DNA from: Desulfobia sp.
GTDB taxonomy: Bacteria; Desulfobacterota; Desulfobulbia; Desulfobulbales; SURF-16
DNA: 64,000 nucleotides
Assembly: GCA_046497465.1 (NCBI GenBank)
Contig: JAWOFO010000040.1
Location: 26,715-90,714, forward strand
Direction of reading: 5' to 3'
Shown: piece after piece, positions 19,666 through 29,372 of the stretch
Layout: each line of letters starts with the position of its first letter
Numbering within the stretch: the stretch's first letter is position 1
Made by a program: the position numbers and the translations under genes
Notes under the pieces: model-generated
Seen by the model: only the letters and a program-made list of their open reading frames with translations
Told to the model about the DNA's origin: nothing
The model's database searches: none

Positions 19666-20286
19666 AAGCCTTTTCTCCTTGCATCCCGGGTTTATAAGAC
19701 TTAGTATAAATAAAACACCTTAACTTCAGAATCACTATAACATACTCTAATTACAAATTATTTACGAGGCCTTAGCAAGATAATCATAAAAAACTCAAAA
19801 AAACAGGACCTGTCTGCATATGCCGAAAACAATAAACAGGGAGTGCCTCTGTGAGTACAATTTCATTGACACGGATATTATTGAACCGGTCAGCCACGGC
19901 AGTGATCAGGAAAAAATATTTCTATTCAATAAGATCACGTAGAATGCCACTGATGTCTTAAAAAGCCCTGAAATCTTCAGTTCTACGGAATACCGCTGAT
20001 TACCGGCCATATCAACAACTCATCACAATGAGCTTAAACAAAAAATTTAACAATTTCTATCCAAAATAGCAACCTTGCGGGGCCATCAGCCGCTAACAGG
20101 ATCCGGGGAATACCGTCAGAGACATGATTTATCATGATTGGAAAAATTAATTAAAAAAATCCTACCATTACGGTATAATTTATGCAGTGGTCATTGCATT
20201 ATATATATATAAAATAAAACAAGAGAACACTCACTAAAGATTAATTTTTCAAGGGAGTTATTCTTGACAGGACACAAATCGGTTCA

Positions 20287-20892
20287 ATGGCCAAGCAGCT
20301 TAATATAAGAGAAGAGTATACCGATAATTACGGTAATCGGATCCTTACCGATAAAGGCGGCTTTTCCCTGATGGAGATGGTAATAGTTCTTGGTATCATA
20401 TCTATCATGGCCGCCATTGCCATCCCGTCCTTCCTGGACTGGTTACCCCGTTACCGGCTCAAATCAGCCGCCCGCGACCTGTATTCAAATATGCAGAAGG
20501 CCAGAATCGGGGCAATAAAAAGCAATAAGGACTGGGCGATTGTCTTTGATGCTGCTGCCAACAAATACCACCTATGCTCTGATAAGGGGAGTGATGGTTC
20601 ATGGTCTGGGGTGGGAGATAACACTGTTGAAAGGACTGTTGATCTAGACGATTACCAAAGCAATATACAGTATGGACACGGCAAGGCTGCTCAGAGCGCC
20701 ACCTCGCCCCCGGGAGCTTTTCCGGGGGACGATATCAGCTACAACAGTAATGTGACCACTTTTAACCCTGTAGGTACCGGCTCCAGCGGTTACGTCTACC
20801 TGGAGAACTCGGAAAATACCGCTTATACCGTGGGAAGCCAGAGCAGCGGGGTAATTACTCTAAAGATCTGGGACGGTTCAAGTTGGGAATAG
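20287..20892 (+). CDS. Type IV pilus minor pilin / pseudopilin, FimT/GspH-like
   Basis: 201 aa. The prepilin (class III) signal is G|FSLMEMVIVLGIISIMAAIAIP with Glu at +5, followed by RLKSAARDLYSNMQKAR, typical of GspH/FimT. The leader is unusually long (~25 aa). Confidence 0.75.
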   Translation: MAKQLNIREEYTDNYGNRILTDKGGFSLMEMVIVLGIISIMAAIAIPSFLDWLPRYRLKSAARDLYSNMQKARIGAIKSNKDWAIVFDAAANKYHLCSDKGSDGSWSGVGDNTVERTVDLDDYQSNIQYGHGKAAQSATSPPGAFPGDDISYNSNVTTFNPVGTGSSGYVYLENSENTAYTVGSQSSGVITLKIWDGSSWE

Positions 20893-20941
20893 TAAGACCA
20901 AAATAATTTCAGGCTTTTTATTAAAATTTTTTAATAGATTT

Positions 20942-21628
20942 ATGTGTAATACTAAAAAAAATTTATTCAATACAAATCAAAATCAATCTGACTGTCAAAA
21001 AGGCTTCACCCTGGTTGAACTGATTATCGCCATGCTTATCTCAGGTATTGTCATAATCTCTATCTATACCGCTTTCAGATCTCAGCAGAGAAGCTACCTG
21101 GCCCAGGAACAGGTCTCTGAAATGCAGCAGAATATCAGGGCCGGAGTCGGTCTGATGGTAAACGAAATCCGCATGGCAGGGTATGATCCCGAACAGACCG
21201 AGAATTACGGAATAAACGGTACCCAGACAGACGTTGACACCCTGCAGTTTACCGCTGATCTTAACGACGATGGCGGATCACCCGGTTCAGGGGAAATTTT
21301 CCTCTACGAACTCTACGACTCGGACAGTAACGGCAATAACGACTCGTTGCGCAGGACTCCGGGAGGAAGTGCTGTCGCCAACCACATAGAAGAACTCGAA
21401 TTTTATTACATCATGGCCGACGAATCGCGGACCCTGACTCCGGCTAACCCGGATGATATTCGCGGCGTAGAGATCTCCATCCTTGCCAGAGCCGCCAAGC
21501 CTGACCATACTTTTTCCAACACGGCGACTTATACTACGGCTTCCGGGACGGTATGGGGCCCTTATAACGACAGTCACCGCCGCCGTTTCCATACGGTTAC
21601 TGTTCAATGCCGCAATATGGGATTATGA
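20942..21628 (+). CDS. pilW: Type IV pilus minor pilin, PilW-like
   Basis: 228 aa. The prepilin site is QKG|FTLVELIIAMLISGIVI, followed by EQVSEMQQNIRAGVGLMVNEIRMAGYDP, typical of PilW. Confidence 0.75.
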   Translation: MCNTKKNLFNTNQNQSDCQKGFTLVELIIAMLISGIVIISIYTAFRSQQRSYLAQEQVSEMQQNIRAGVGLMVNEIRMAGYDPEQTENYGINGTQTDVDTLQFTADLNDDGGSPGSGEIFLYELYDSDSNGNNDSLRRTPGGSAVANHIEELEFYYIMADESRTLTPANPDDIRGVEISILARAAKPDHTFSNTATYTTASGTVWGPYNDSHRRRFHTVTVQCRNMGL

Positions 21629-21667
21629 TCCTTACGTAATAAAAAAGCTATTTGAGCACTTAAAACC

Positions 21668-22018
21668 ATGCATTCAATCACCTTGTGGGAAGAGATAAAT
21701 AAAACCAGAAAACGGGCAGAGGAAAAGCAGCGAATTAAAATTCTTGAAAAAACAGGAAAGGCCTTAAATAAGCTCTCCCGGGAATTTCATTTTCAGGAAG
21801 CCTGGATTTTCGGCTCCTTGACCAGGGAAGGAGGCTGGCGCTCCCACTCGGATATTGATATTGCCCTGCAGGACCTGGATAAGTTTGAACTCTATTCCTT
21901 TGTGGCGGCAATCCAGGAAATTACAGATCTGTCTGTGGATGTCGTACGCCTGGAAGAATCGCCTTTGGCCCCAAAAATTAAGAGAGAAGGCATCTTATGG
22001 ACACCCAGGGAAAAGTAA
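21668..22018 (+). CDS. MNT-type nucleotidyltransferase (putative antitoxin)
   Basis: 116 aa. The minimal nucleotidyltransferase motif is GSLTREGGWRSHSDIDIAL (GSx10-11 D/ExD/E). By eye it is more AT-rich than the flanking pilin genes. Confidence 0.7.
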   Translation: MHSITLWEEINKTRKRAEEKQRIKILEKTGKALNKLSREFHFQEAWIFGSLTREGGWRSHSDIDIALQDLDKFELYSFVAAIQEITDLSVDVVRLEESPLAPKIKREGILWTPREK

Positions 22019-22467
22019 CCGTATTCCTGAGTGAATACGATATGCAGCTAAATGAAATCAATAAGATTTATGACCGGCTGGAGAAAAAATCAGTGAACTG
22101 TCAGGAAAGCGCCCCTGGTGAGGAACTGGTGGAAAGTACCGGCTACTGGCTTCATAATCTCTATTCCGCCTTCGAAGACCTCTTTAAACTGGTCTCAAGT
22201 TTTTGGGAAAACAATATAACCGGCAATGGCAACTATCACGTCAATCTTTTAAAAAGAATGCGGGTGGAAATCCCCGGAGTAAGACCGGCTGTTATCTCTG
22301 AAACCAGCCATAAGCATCTTGATGAATTGCGAGGCTTCAGGCATGTTTTCAGACATGCCTATAACTTCGGTCTTGACGAGGAGAGAATTCTTTTTCTTTT
22401 AAACAGGGTCCTGAAAACCAAGAGGCAGATAATGGCCGATTTGACTCAATTCAGAAAAAAATTTTGA
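21997..22467 (+). CDS. HEPN-domain protein (putative HepT-like toxin)
   Basis: 156 aa. The Rx4HxY motif occurs in LRGFRHVFRHAYNF. It overlaps the MNT gene by 22 nt, the typical MNT-HEPN operon layout. Confidence 0.6.
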   Translation: MDTQGKVTVFLSEYDMQLNEINKIYDRLEKKSVNCQESAPGEELVESTGYWLHNLYSAFEDLFKLVSSFWENNITGNGNYHVNLLKRMRVEIPGVRPAVISETSHKHLDELRGFRHVFRHAYNFGLDEERILFLLNRVLKTKRQIMADLTQFRKKF

Positions 22468-22503
22468 CTAATTGTTTATGGTGTTTTTTTGAGAAGGCAG
22501 CAC

Positions 22504-22989
22504 ATGCATCCACTATTAAGCAAAGACAATCGGGGCTTTACCCTGACTGAAATCATGATCGCCCTGGCGATTTTCACCATCGGCATACTGGCGGTAAATG
22601 CCATGCAGATCGCTTCTATCAAGGGCAACAGCAAGGCCAGACAGATAACCGAGGCCGGTAATCTGGCTTGTGACCGTATCGAAAGAATCATCGCCCTTGA
22701 CTATGACGACTCTGCCCTAGCTGACGATGACGGGGACGGAACTGATCAGGATGCCGACCTGGACGGAGTGGATGATGACGGCGGTAATTTCGGCCTGGAT
22801 CACGAGACCGCGGCAACTGCAGACCATAGTACCATATCAGTTGACGGTAACTACAAGATATTCTGGAACATAGCGGTTGACCAGCCGGTTTATAACAACA
22901 AAACCATCAGATTCATCGCTGTTTATGACGATGATCCTGCCGACGGCGGCAAAGGAAAAACCGTCTTTGACTACATCAAGAAAAAATAA
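22504..22989 (+). CDS. pilV: Type IV pilus minor pilin, PilV-like, with a poly-Asp insert
   Basis: The ORF track starts at TTG 22489, and the ATG at 22504 gives MHPLLSKDNRG|FTLTEIMIALAIFTIGILAV. An acidic stretch, DYDDSALADDDGDGTDQDADLDGVDDDGGNFGLD, lies at 22699-22800. Confidence 0.7.
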   Translation: MHPLLSKDNRGFTLTEIMIALAIFTIGILAVNAMQIASIKGNSKARQITEAGNLACDRIERIIALDYDDSALADDDGDGTDQDADLDGVDDDGGNFGLDHETAATADHSTISVDGNYKIFWNIAVDQPVYNNKTIRFIAVYDDDPADGGKGKTVFDYIKKK

Positions 22990-23588
22990 TGGAACCGGAA
23001 ATATCTACAAAAAAAATAAGCGCCAATGAACAGGGATTTGTCCTGGTCGCTTCCATGATGATCCTGCTGATCCTGGTTATCATCGGGGTAAGCGCCACTA
23101 CCAATACCACCATAGAACTGCAGATAGCCGGCAACGACAAGGTGGCCAAAAAGATCTTTTATAAAGCGGACGGAGGCACGGAACTGGCCGCCGAGGTCAT
23201 CGAGCATAATATTGCCTGCACCGGCTTCGACAATGCCGCCATTCACGGCATCTATGCCGACACCCTTGATTTCTGGCAGAATCCGGTTAACGCCACCAGT
23301 ACCAGGCCTGAGTTCGGCGACCGGGACTTCTGCTATCCCGGAGATATCTGTAGCGGGGTCAGTATGGAGGTCACCAGCCTCAGCGTCGGCAGCGAGACTG
23401 TCTACTCTACAGGAGCCGCCATCCAGCAGCACGCCGGCTACGAAGGCAAGGGCAAGGGAGCGGCAGGCTCCGGGGCCTACCTGCTGTACGATGTCTATTC
23501 CCGTTATCAGGAAAACTCCAACAGTGAAACAAGGGTCCGGGTGGAATGGCGCCATAATATAGGCCAGGAAGGCAGCTGTTACTATTAA
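22989..23588 (+). CDS. pilX: PilX-like minor pilin (PilX N-terminal domain), copy 1
   Basis: 199 aa. EQGFVLVASMMILLILVIIGVSATTNTTIELQIAGN matches the PilX_N pattern. Its ATG overlaps the pilV-like stop. Confidence 0.7.
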   Translation: MEPEISTKKISANEQGFVLVASMMILLILVIIGVSATTNTTIELQIAGNDKVAKKIFYKADGGTELAAEVIEHNIACTGFDNAAIHGIYADTLDFWQNPVNATSTRPEFGDRDFCYPGDICSGVSMEVTSLSVGSETVYSTGAAIQQHAGYEGKGKGAAGSGAYLLYDVYSRYQENSNSETRVRVEWRHNIGQEGSCYY

Positions 23589-23623
23589 GAGGCTTGTCAA
23601 TACAGCTTTCAAGAGGTACTGTC

Positions 23624-26600
23624 ATGACAGAAAGAACACATTTTCGGCTAATTACAGTCAAAGCACTTCTCCTTCTCCTTTGCAGCGGCATCTATCTACC
23701 CGGCCAGATCCTTGCCGCCTCCTGTTCGGAAGGAGTGGCTGAACCTCCATTTCTCAGTTATGGCAGGGTCGATCCCAATGTCCTCCTGATAATAGACAAC
23801 TCGGCCAGCATGTATGACATGGCCTACCTGGAAGATGCAGCCTACTGCTTTGACGACAACTACACCTTGACCTCCAACTATGCCGGCTATTTTGATCCCG
23901 AAACCTACTATCAATACAACTCGGCCGCAGACAGATTCGAAGAGACCGGCGGCAGTACGGCCTACTCAATCTGCAACAGCGCCGCTCCCGGCACTGTCTA
24001 TCACAGCAACGGGGCCGATGCTGACAGCAGTCACGCCTGTATAACCATTGACGAGAGCGTTGAACCTAACTCGCTTACCGTCTTTGCCGCCAAGGGCAAT
24101 TTCCTTAACTGGGCGACCTCCTCCAAGTTTGACGTTGAAAAAAACATCCTTACCGGCGGCAAACACGATGATAATAACACCCTGATCATGGAAAACAGGG
24201 GGTGTGCGAATCGACGCTTTCTAAAACAAATCGGCCTGGCCGACGGCAGCAATCTGACCCTGGCCATCCGTACCCCCATAGAGGAAGAAACGGCCTACAG
24301 CGGGGACAACACCACCAGGATTGAGATATTTCCGGTTACCGAGACCGGTTTTGACAATTCTTCCTGTCAACTCGCAGTGGAAGAACTACAGAAGGATAGT
24401 CCCAACCAGGGCCAGTTTAAACAGTACGTGGACGACTGTATGGGCTATGAGTCAGGAGGGGGTAGCGACCCCCTGGACAACCGCCATGCCACTTTCAACC
24501 ACTCCCTGCATTACTGCTGGTATCTTTCCAGACACGGGGAATGGCCTCCTGGAGTCGGTTCGGTCAACAGTATCCAGAACGACTGCGAACTAGTCTACAA
24601 TGACGGCGGCCTGCCGCCCACAATAACTCCGGACAATCGTTCCTATGTCTGCTACGGTATCTATGACGCTGAGACCCCCCATGATGAGCGCGCCGGCTAC
24701 GTAGGCCGCTGCTGGGAACCTGAGACCACCCCGGAAGGCTGTACCGCGGTAACCTGCACTGATCCCGACGGCGACGGTGATCCTACCAATGATGTGGATG
24801 TTCTGCCCCAGGCAGAGGACAATCCATACCACGAACCCTTCTGCGGCGAAGACGGCCATGTCTACTATTGCGACGGTAACTTCAATGAAAATCAGGGAAC
24901 CTGCGTCGGCAGCCCCGGAGTGTTCCGGATGAAAGTGATTGAAGAAGAAGAAGGGGATTGTGATGAGGCGGCAATCACTCAGGCCGGCTGGACCGATGAT
25001 ATGGATACCGCCACCTGTATTGAACAGGCTCTCAGAGATTACTGCGGTAGTTTGGAAGTCCCCGAGGTCGTTGACCCCTCTGATCTGGCCAGCCAGTCAG
25101 GAGAGTTCTGGAACCTGCCGGCAGTACTCATCGATTCAGGGTCGGTGGCCCAGATCGATGAACCGGTGGCGGTTCTGAAAGGACATGTAGCAAGGGACTC
25201 GGCCCCTTCCGGCCTTCTCCAGGAGGTGAGCGGTGATCTCAGGCTCGGGGCCATGACCTTTAACGACGACGGGGCAGCCAGTGAATGTACGGACAACGAC
25301 AAGATTTCCTGTAAATCGGGAAGCATGGACGGCGGCCGGGTGATCGCCGAGATTGCCGACAGCAACGCCACCGGCCACGTTGACCAGTTGATCGAGTCTA
25401 TCAACGATATCAAGGCCCTTTCCTGGACCCCGCTGGCGGAAGCGATGTACAACGCCATCGGCTATTACGGCCAGGATACCAGCCGACGCCTGAACGTGCC
25501 GGACTTTAACGCCACATGTGACCCCGTCAACTACTGGTGCCAGAACAACAACATCCTGATTCTGACCGATGGGGCCTCCACAACAGATCTTCACCAGGAC
25601 CTTCAGAATTTTGTCGGTGTAGCCGGCCAGAACGACGGCGACAATGATGACAATGCCAGCTGTGAGCCCTTGTCCGGCAGCACCTTTCTTGATGACCTGG
25701 CCTACTATGCCCGGCAAAGCAACGCTTCCAGCCTCTATACCACACCTCAACTGAATGAAGAGGACAAACGTAACATCAAAACCTACCTAGTCTCCTCGGG
25801 TTCCCTACGTTCAACCGGCAATGATGAATGCAGTCCGGACATCCTCATGCAGAACACCGCCCTCAGCGGCGGCACCTCCCTCTTCAGTTCAGAAGACCCC
25901 CAGGAGCTGGGAAACAACCTCCGCCTGATCTTCAGTGAGATAACAACCAAGGCGTCTTCGGGATCAGCCGCCTCGGTTATTTCCTCTTCCCGCAGCGGAG
26001 AAGGAGCCCTGTACCAGGCCATCTTCTGGCCGAGCAAGGAACCGGAAAGCGATTCCTTTGAACTTGAATCGATCAGCTGGACAGGTGATGTCCATGCCCT
26101 TTTTGTCAATGAAGAAGGGGAAATACATGAGGACACCGACGGAAACCGGGCCCTGTCCGGCAATGACAGCCGGGTAGTTCTTTATTTTGATGAAGAGGCA
26201 CAGATGACCCAGGCCTGCTACGATTATCACGGCGAGGGCAACTGTACTGACTCCAGACCCCTGCATGAGATAAATTATCTCTGGTCTGCGGCAGAATGGC
26301 TGAGCAAAATTGCCAATGCCTCCTTTGTCACTCCCAACTATAACGCAGACGACGTTTACTATAATCGTGACCCCTTTATCTCCAACAAAAGACAGCGCTA
26401 CATCTTTACCTGGAACGATCTTGACAATGACGGCATAGTTGATCAGGCGGATGAGGTCCTTCCCTTTGTTGACCGGGACTCTTTCGGGGATCCCATAGAC
26501 TGGGGCAACGCCACTCTTACGGTCTCCGGCAGCCGCGGGGACGTACCCCATGACTTCGGGGTCTCCAGCAGTGCCTCTGTAAATGGAATTGTCAGCTGGA

Positions 26601-28621
26601 TCAGGGGGTCTGACAACAACACCATGCGGAGCCGGGAAACAGTAAAATATTTTCCAGGTGAGGCCTCACCGGAAAAGACCATAATTTGGCGCTTAGGCGA
26701 TGTTATTAACTCCACCCCCACGGCAGTAAGTCGCCCGGCGGAAGGATTCCATTTCCTCTACCGGGACTCGACTTATGCCGAATTCGCCAAGCAGTACCAG
26801 AACAGACGGCATGTCATTTACTTCGGAGGCAATGACGGCATGCTCCACGCCATAAACGGGGGATTCTACAACCAGAACAGAACAAAATTCTGCCTTACCC
26901 CTGAACGTACTGCCGACGGGGACTGTGACGACCCTGATATGACTGTCCTTAACAATGAGGCCCTGGAACTGGGAGCAGAAATGTGGGCCTATGTGCCCTA
27001 CAACCTCCTGCCCCATCTCGAATGTCTGACGAATAGCGACTATGACCATAAGTATTACGTAGACATGAAGCCCAGGGTTTTTGATGCCCGCATCTTTGAA
27101 GAAGACGAGACTCATCCCAACGGCTGGGGGACGCTTCTGGTAGGAGGCATGCGTTTCGGCGGAGCGGCGGTTAACGCCACCGAATTAAACAGCGCCAATG
27201 ATACCAGGATATTTAGTTCAGCCTATTTTTTCCTGGATGTTACCGACCCGGAATCACCTCCCGAATTTTTAGGAGAAACAACCTTCACCACAGATCCCGA
27301 AAAGCTTGATCTGGGCTATACTGTAACTGCTCCTACCATTATTTCCATGAGAGACAGCGCAGATGACCAGCAGTGGTACCTGGTCATGGGCAGCGGTCCC
27401 ACCAGTGTCGAAGGTGAAAGTAACCATAAGGCCAAGGTGGCTGTCCTTCCCCTGAACTGGCTGAACGATCTGGATGCTGATCACCCTGCAGGTCCCTCCA
27501 CCAGGAAAGCACTGCGCATTACTGATAAAAAACCGGGGGAAAGCGGCAATGAGGCCGGCACCTTCCCCCTGGAAACCGCTGACAGTTTTGTCTCCTCATT
27601 GGTAGCTGTTGACTTTGAACTTGAAGAAAATTACAAGACCGATGCTGTCTATTTCGGCACGGTGGACGGCGATTTCACCTCAGGCTGGAGTGGGGGCCTC
27701 TATCGCCTGGTCAGCCGTGAAATGTCCGGAGGCAGCCAACAGACAACTTTACCCAGTGAATGGCTTGACCTTTCCCCTAGTCAGGACATCAACGGCACCG
27801 ACTACCTAAGTCCCCTGATTGACACAGACCAACCGGTAACTGCCCCTGTTGCCATAGGTACCGATGAAAACAACTACTGGATCTATTTCGGCACTGGCCG
27901 TTTTTATAGCGGGGCCGATAAAAACAACTCCTCCCAGCAGGCCTTTTACGGGATCAAGGAGCCCATGACCTGTGACGGGACCTTGACCTGGGAGACGGTG
28001 GAAACAAACTCTACTTCAACCACCCCCGGAGACCGTGGTCTGCTCAGAGTGGACCAGATAAAGGTGACCGAGACAACCGGAGCCCTTAGCTGTGAAGATA
28101 ATACCACCAACTGTTTACCGGTAGAAGAGGGAAGTATGGTCACCACCTTTGCCGGTTTAAAGTCATATATTGCGGACAACGACTGCCAGGGTACACCCTT
28201 AGCGGCAACCGGCGGCACAGACGGCTGGTACAGGAATTTTCAGGAGCCCCGGGAAAGAAACCTGGGCCAGGCCACCCTGCTGGGAGGCCTGCTGACCTTT
28301 ACCAGCTATCAGCCCTATGAGGAAGTGTGCCGGGCCCGGGGCCTCTCCAGTCTCTACGGCGTCCATTTCCAGACCGGTACCGCCTGGTATGAACATGTTT
28401 TTGATGAAGATAACGAATTAATATCCGATGAGACGGTCCAGGAAAAGACCGAACTGGGAATGGGGCTCTCCCTGACCCCCAACCTTCACATCAGCGAAAG
28501 CAAAGAGGGGCCGACAGCCATGGTCCAGACAAGTACCGGGGAAATCAAGGAAATCGACCAGAAGACACAGCCCATCAAGAACTTCAAGAGCGGCCGGGCC
28601 TCCTGGAGACAGATCGATTAA
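23624..28621 (+). CDS. pilY1: Giant PilY1-like tip adhesin with an N-terminal vWA (MIDAS) region and a C-terminal PilY1 beta-propeller region, copy 1
   Basis: The ORF track starts at TTG 23594, and the ATG at 23624 has AGAGG 9 nt upstream. Signal peptide: LLLLLCSGIYLPGQILA. vWA-type motifs: VLLIIDNSASM (from 23795), SWTPLAEAMYNAIGYY and ILILTDGAST. PilY1-type blocks: WRLGDVINSTP, VIYFGGNDGMLHAINGG, EMWAYVPYNLLPHL, YYVDMKPRVFDA and LLVGGMRFGG. An EF-hand-like loop, DLDNDGIVD, lies at 26417-26443. Confidence 0.85.
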   Translation: MTERTHFRLITVKALLLLLCSGIYLPGQILAASCSEGVAEPPFLSYGRVDPNVLLIIDNSASMYDMAYLEDAAYCFDDNYTLTSNYAGYFDPETYYQYNSAADRFEETGGSTAYSICNSAAPGTVYHSNGADADSSHACITIDESVEPNSLTVFAAKGNFLNWATSSKFDVEKNILTGGKHDDNNTLIMENRGCANRRFLKQIGLADGSNLTLAIRTPIEEETAYSGDNTTRIEIFPVTETGFDNSSCQLAVEELQKDSPNQGQFKQYVDDCMGYESGGGSDPLDNRHATFNHSLHYCWYLSRHGEWPPGVGSVNSIQNDCELVYNDGGLPPTITPDNRSYVCYGIYDAETPHDERAGYVGRCWEPETTPEGCTAVTCTDPDGDGDPTNDVDVLPQAEDNPYHEPFCGEDGHVYYCDGNFNENQGTCVGSPGVFRMKVIEEEEGDCDEAAITQAGWTDDMDTATCIEQALRDYCGSLEVPEVVDPSDLASQSGEFWNLPAVLIDSGSVAQIDEPVAVLKGHVARDSAPSGLLQEVSGDLRLGAMTFNDDGAASECTDNDKISCKSGSMDGGRVIAEIADSNATGHVDQLIESINDIKALSWTPLAEAMYNAIGYYGQDTSRRLNVPDFNATCDPVNYWCQNNNILILTDGASTTDLHQDLQNFVGVAGQNDGDNDDNASCEPLSGSTFLDDLAYYARQSNASSLYTTPQLNEEDKRNIKTYLVSSGSLRSTGNDECSPDILMQNTALSGGTSLFSSEDPQELGNNLRLIFSEITTKASSGSAASVISSSRSGEGALYQAIFWPSKEPESDSFELESISWTGDVHALFVNEEGEIHEDTDGNRALSGNDSRVVLYFDEEAQMTQACYDYHGEGNCTDSRPLHEINYLWSAAEWLSKIANASFVTPNYNADDVYYNRDPFISNKRQRYIFTWNDLDNDGIVDQADEVLPFVDRDSFGDPIDWGNATLTVSGSRGDVPHDFGVSSSASVNGIVSWIRGSDNNTMRSRETVKYFPGEASPEKTIIWRLGDVINSTPTAVSRPAEGFHFLYRDSTYAEFAKQYQNRRHVIYFGGNDGMLHAINGGFYNQNRTKFCLTPERTADGDCDDPDMTVLNNEALELGAEMWAYVPYNLLPHLECLTNSDYDHKYYVDMKPRVFDARIFEEDETHPNGWGTLLVGGMRFGGAAVNATELNSANDTRIFSSAYFFLDVTDPESPPEFLGETTFTTDPEKLDLGYTVTAPTIISMRDSADDQQWYLVMGSGPTSVEGESNHKAKVAVLPLNWLNDLDADHPAGPSTRKALRITDKKPGESGNEAGTFPLETADSFVSSLVAVDFELEENYKTDAVYFGTVDGDFTSGWSGGLYRLVSREMSGGSQQTTLPSEWLDLSPSQDINGTDYLSPLIDTDQPVTAPVAIGTDENNYWIYFGTGRFYSGADKNNSSQQAFYGIKEPMTCDGTLTWETVETNSTSTTPGDRGLLRVDQIKVTETTGALSCEDNTTNCLPVEEGSMVTTFAGLKSYIADNDCQGTPLAATGGTDGWYRNFQEPRERNLGQATLLGGLLTFTSYQPYEEVCRARGLSSLYGVHFQTGTAWYEHVFDEDNELISDETVQEKTELGMGLSLTPNLHISESKEGPTAMVQTSTGEIKEIDQKTQPIKNFKSGRASWRQID

Positions 28622-28735
28622 CCACTGCTACCGCCCACCCGGGAATACACTTTCCGCATGGGCATTAAGTAATTTTTTTTAATAACTACTTAAATAATTT
28701 TTATACACCTCCAGTCAGATATAGAATTTTACCTT

Positions 28736-29368
28736 ATGAGACTTGCAAAGAGATGTAGAAATATCAAAGATCGTTTTCCAACCCCCGGGAAAAAGAGGGG
28801 TGAAGAGGGATTCATCCTGGTCACCTCACTGCTTGTCCTCCTTGTCCTGGTGATTATCGGAATCAGCGCCACCACCAATACCACCATTGAACTGCAGATA
28901 GCAGGCAATGCCAAGGAGGCCCAAAAATCTTTTTACCTGGCGGACAGCGGCATAAACGTGTCGCCGCACCTCATCGCCACAGCAGTAGAAGACGGTGCTC
29001 CACCCACAGGAGTTGATCTGGGCGCGGTCCGCTATGTAGCCGGAGATAACGGCACTTCCCTTTACCGGCAGATAATGGGTTATGACAGTTACAACGGGGG
29101 AACTGATAACCAGGCAGCCCGCGAGTTCGCCTTCAACTCCGGCAACAACAAACGGTACGGGATAACCATTGATGTCAAGAGAGAAGAGGCAGTACATCAG
29201 GCGGGGGGCGGGGTGGAATTCGCCGCCGGGGCCGAGGGCGCCGGTACCGGCTCAAGCGGCGGGGTCGCGGTGCAGTACAGATTAAAATCCTTCAGCAGCG
29301 GGCCGCAGAATACAGCCAGCGTCGAAGCCGGCTACCTCAAAGTAACAGGTATGGCGGAAGGAGGTTAG
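28736..29368 (+). CDS. pilX: PilX-like minor pilin, copy 2
   Basis: 210 aa. EEGFILVTSLLVLLVLVIIGISATTNTTIELQIAGN is nearly identical to the N-terminal core of copy 1. The DNA looks ~85% identical by eye over about 60 nt, then diverges. Confidence 0.7.
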   Translation: MRLAKRCRNIKDRFPTPGKKRGEEGFILVTSLLVLLVLVIIGISATTNTTIELQIAGNAKEAQKSFYLADSGINVSPHLIATAVEDGAPPTGVDLGAVRYVAGDNGTSLYRQIMGYDSYNGGTDNQAAREFAFNSGNNKRYGITIDVKREEAVHQAGGGVEFAAGAEGAGTGSSGGVAVQYRLKSFSSGPQNTASVEAGYLKVTGMAEGG

Positions 29369-29372
29369 TATC

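Noticed and set aside
20200-20211. A (TA)6 microsatellite and a perfect TATAAT (20174-20179) upstream of the pilin operon, considered as a phase-variation tract and promoter.
   Set aside because: The tract is short and lies in a generally AT-rich 600-bp intergenic region. The candidate -35 (TTAAAA) is weak. Promoter assignment is not supportable without transcription-start data.
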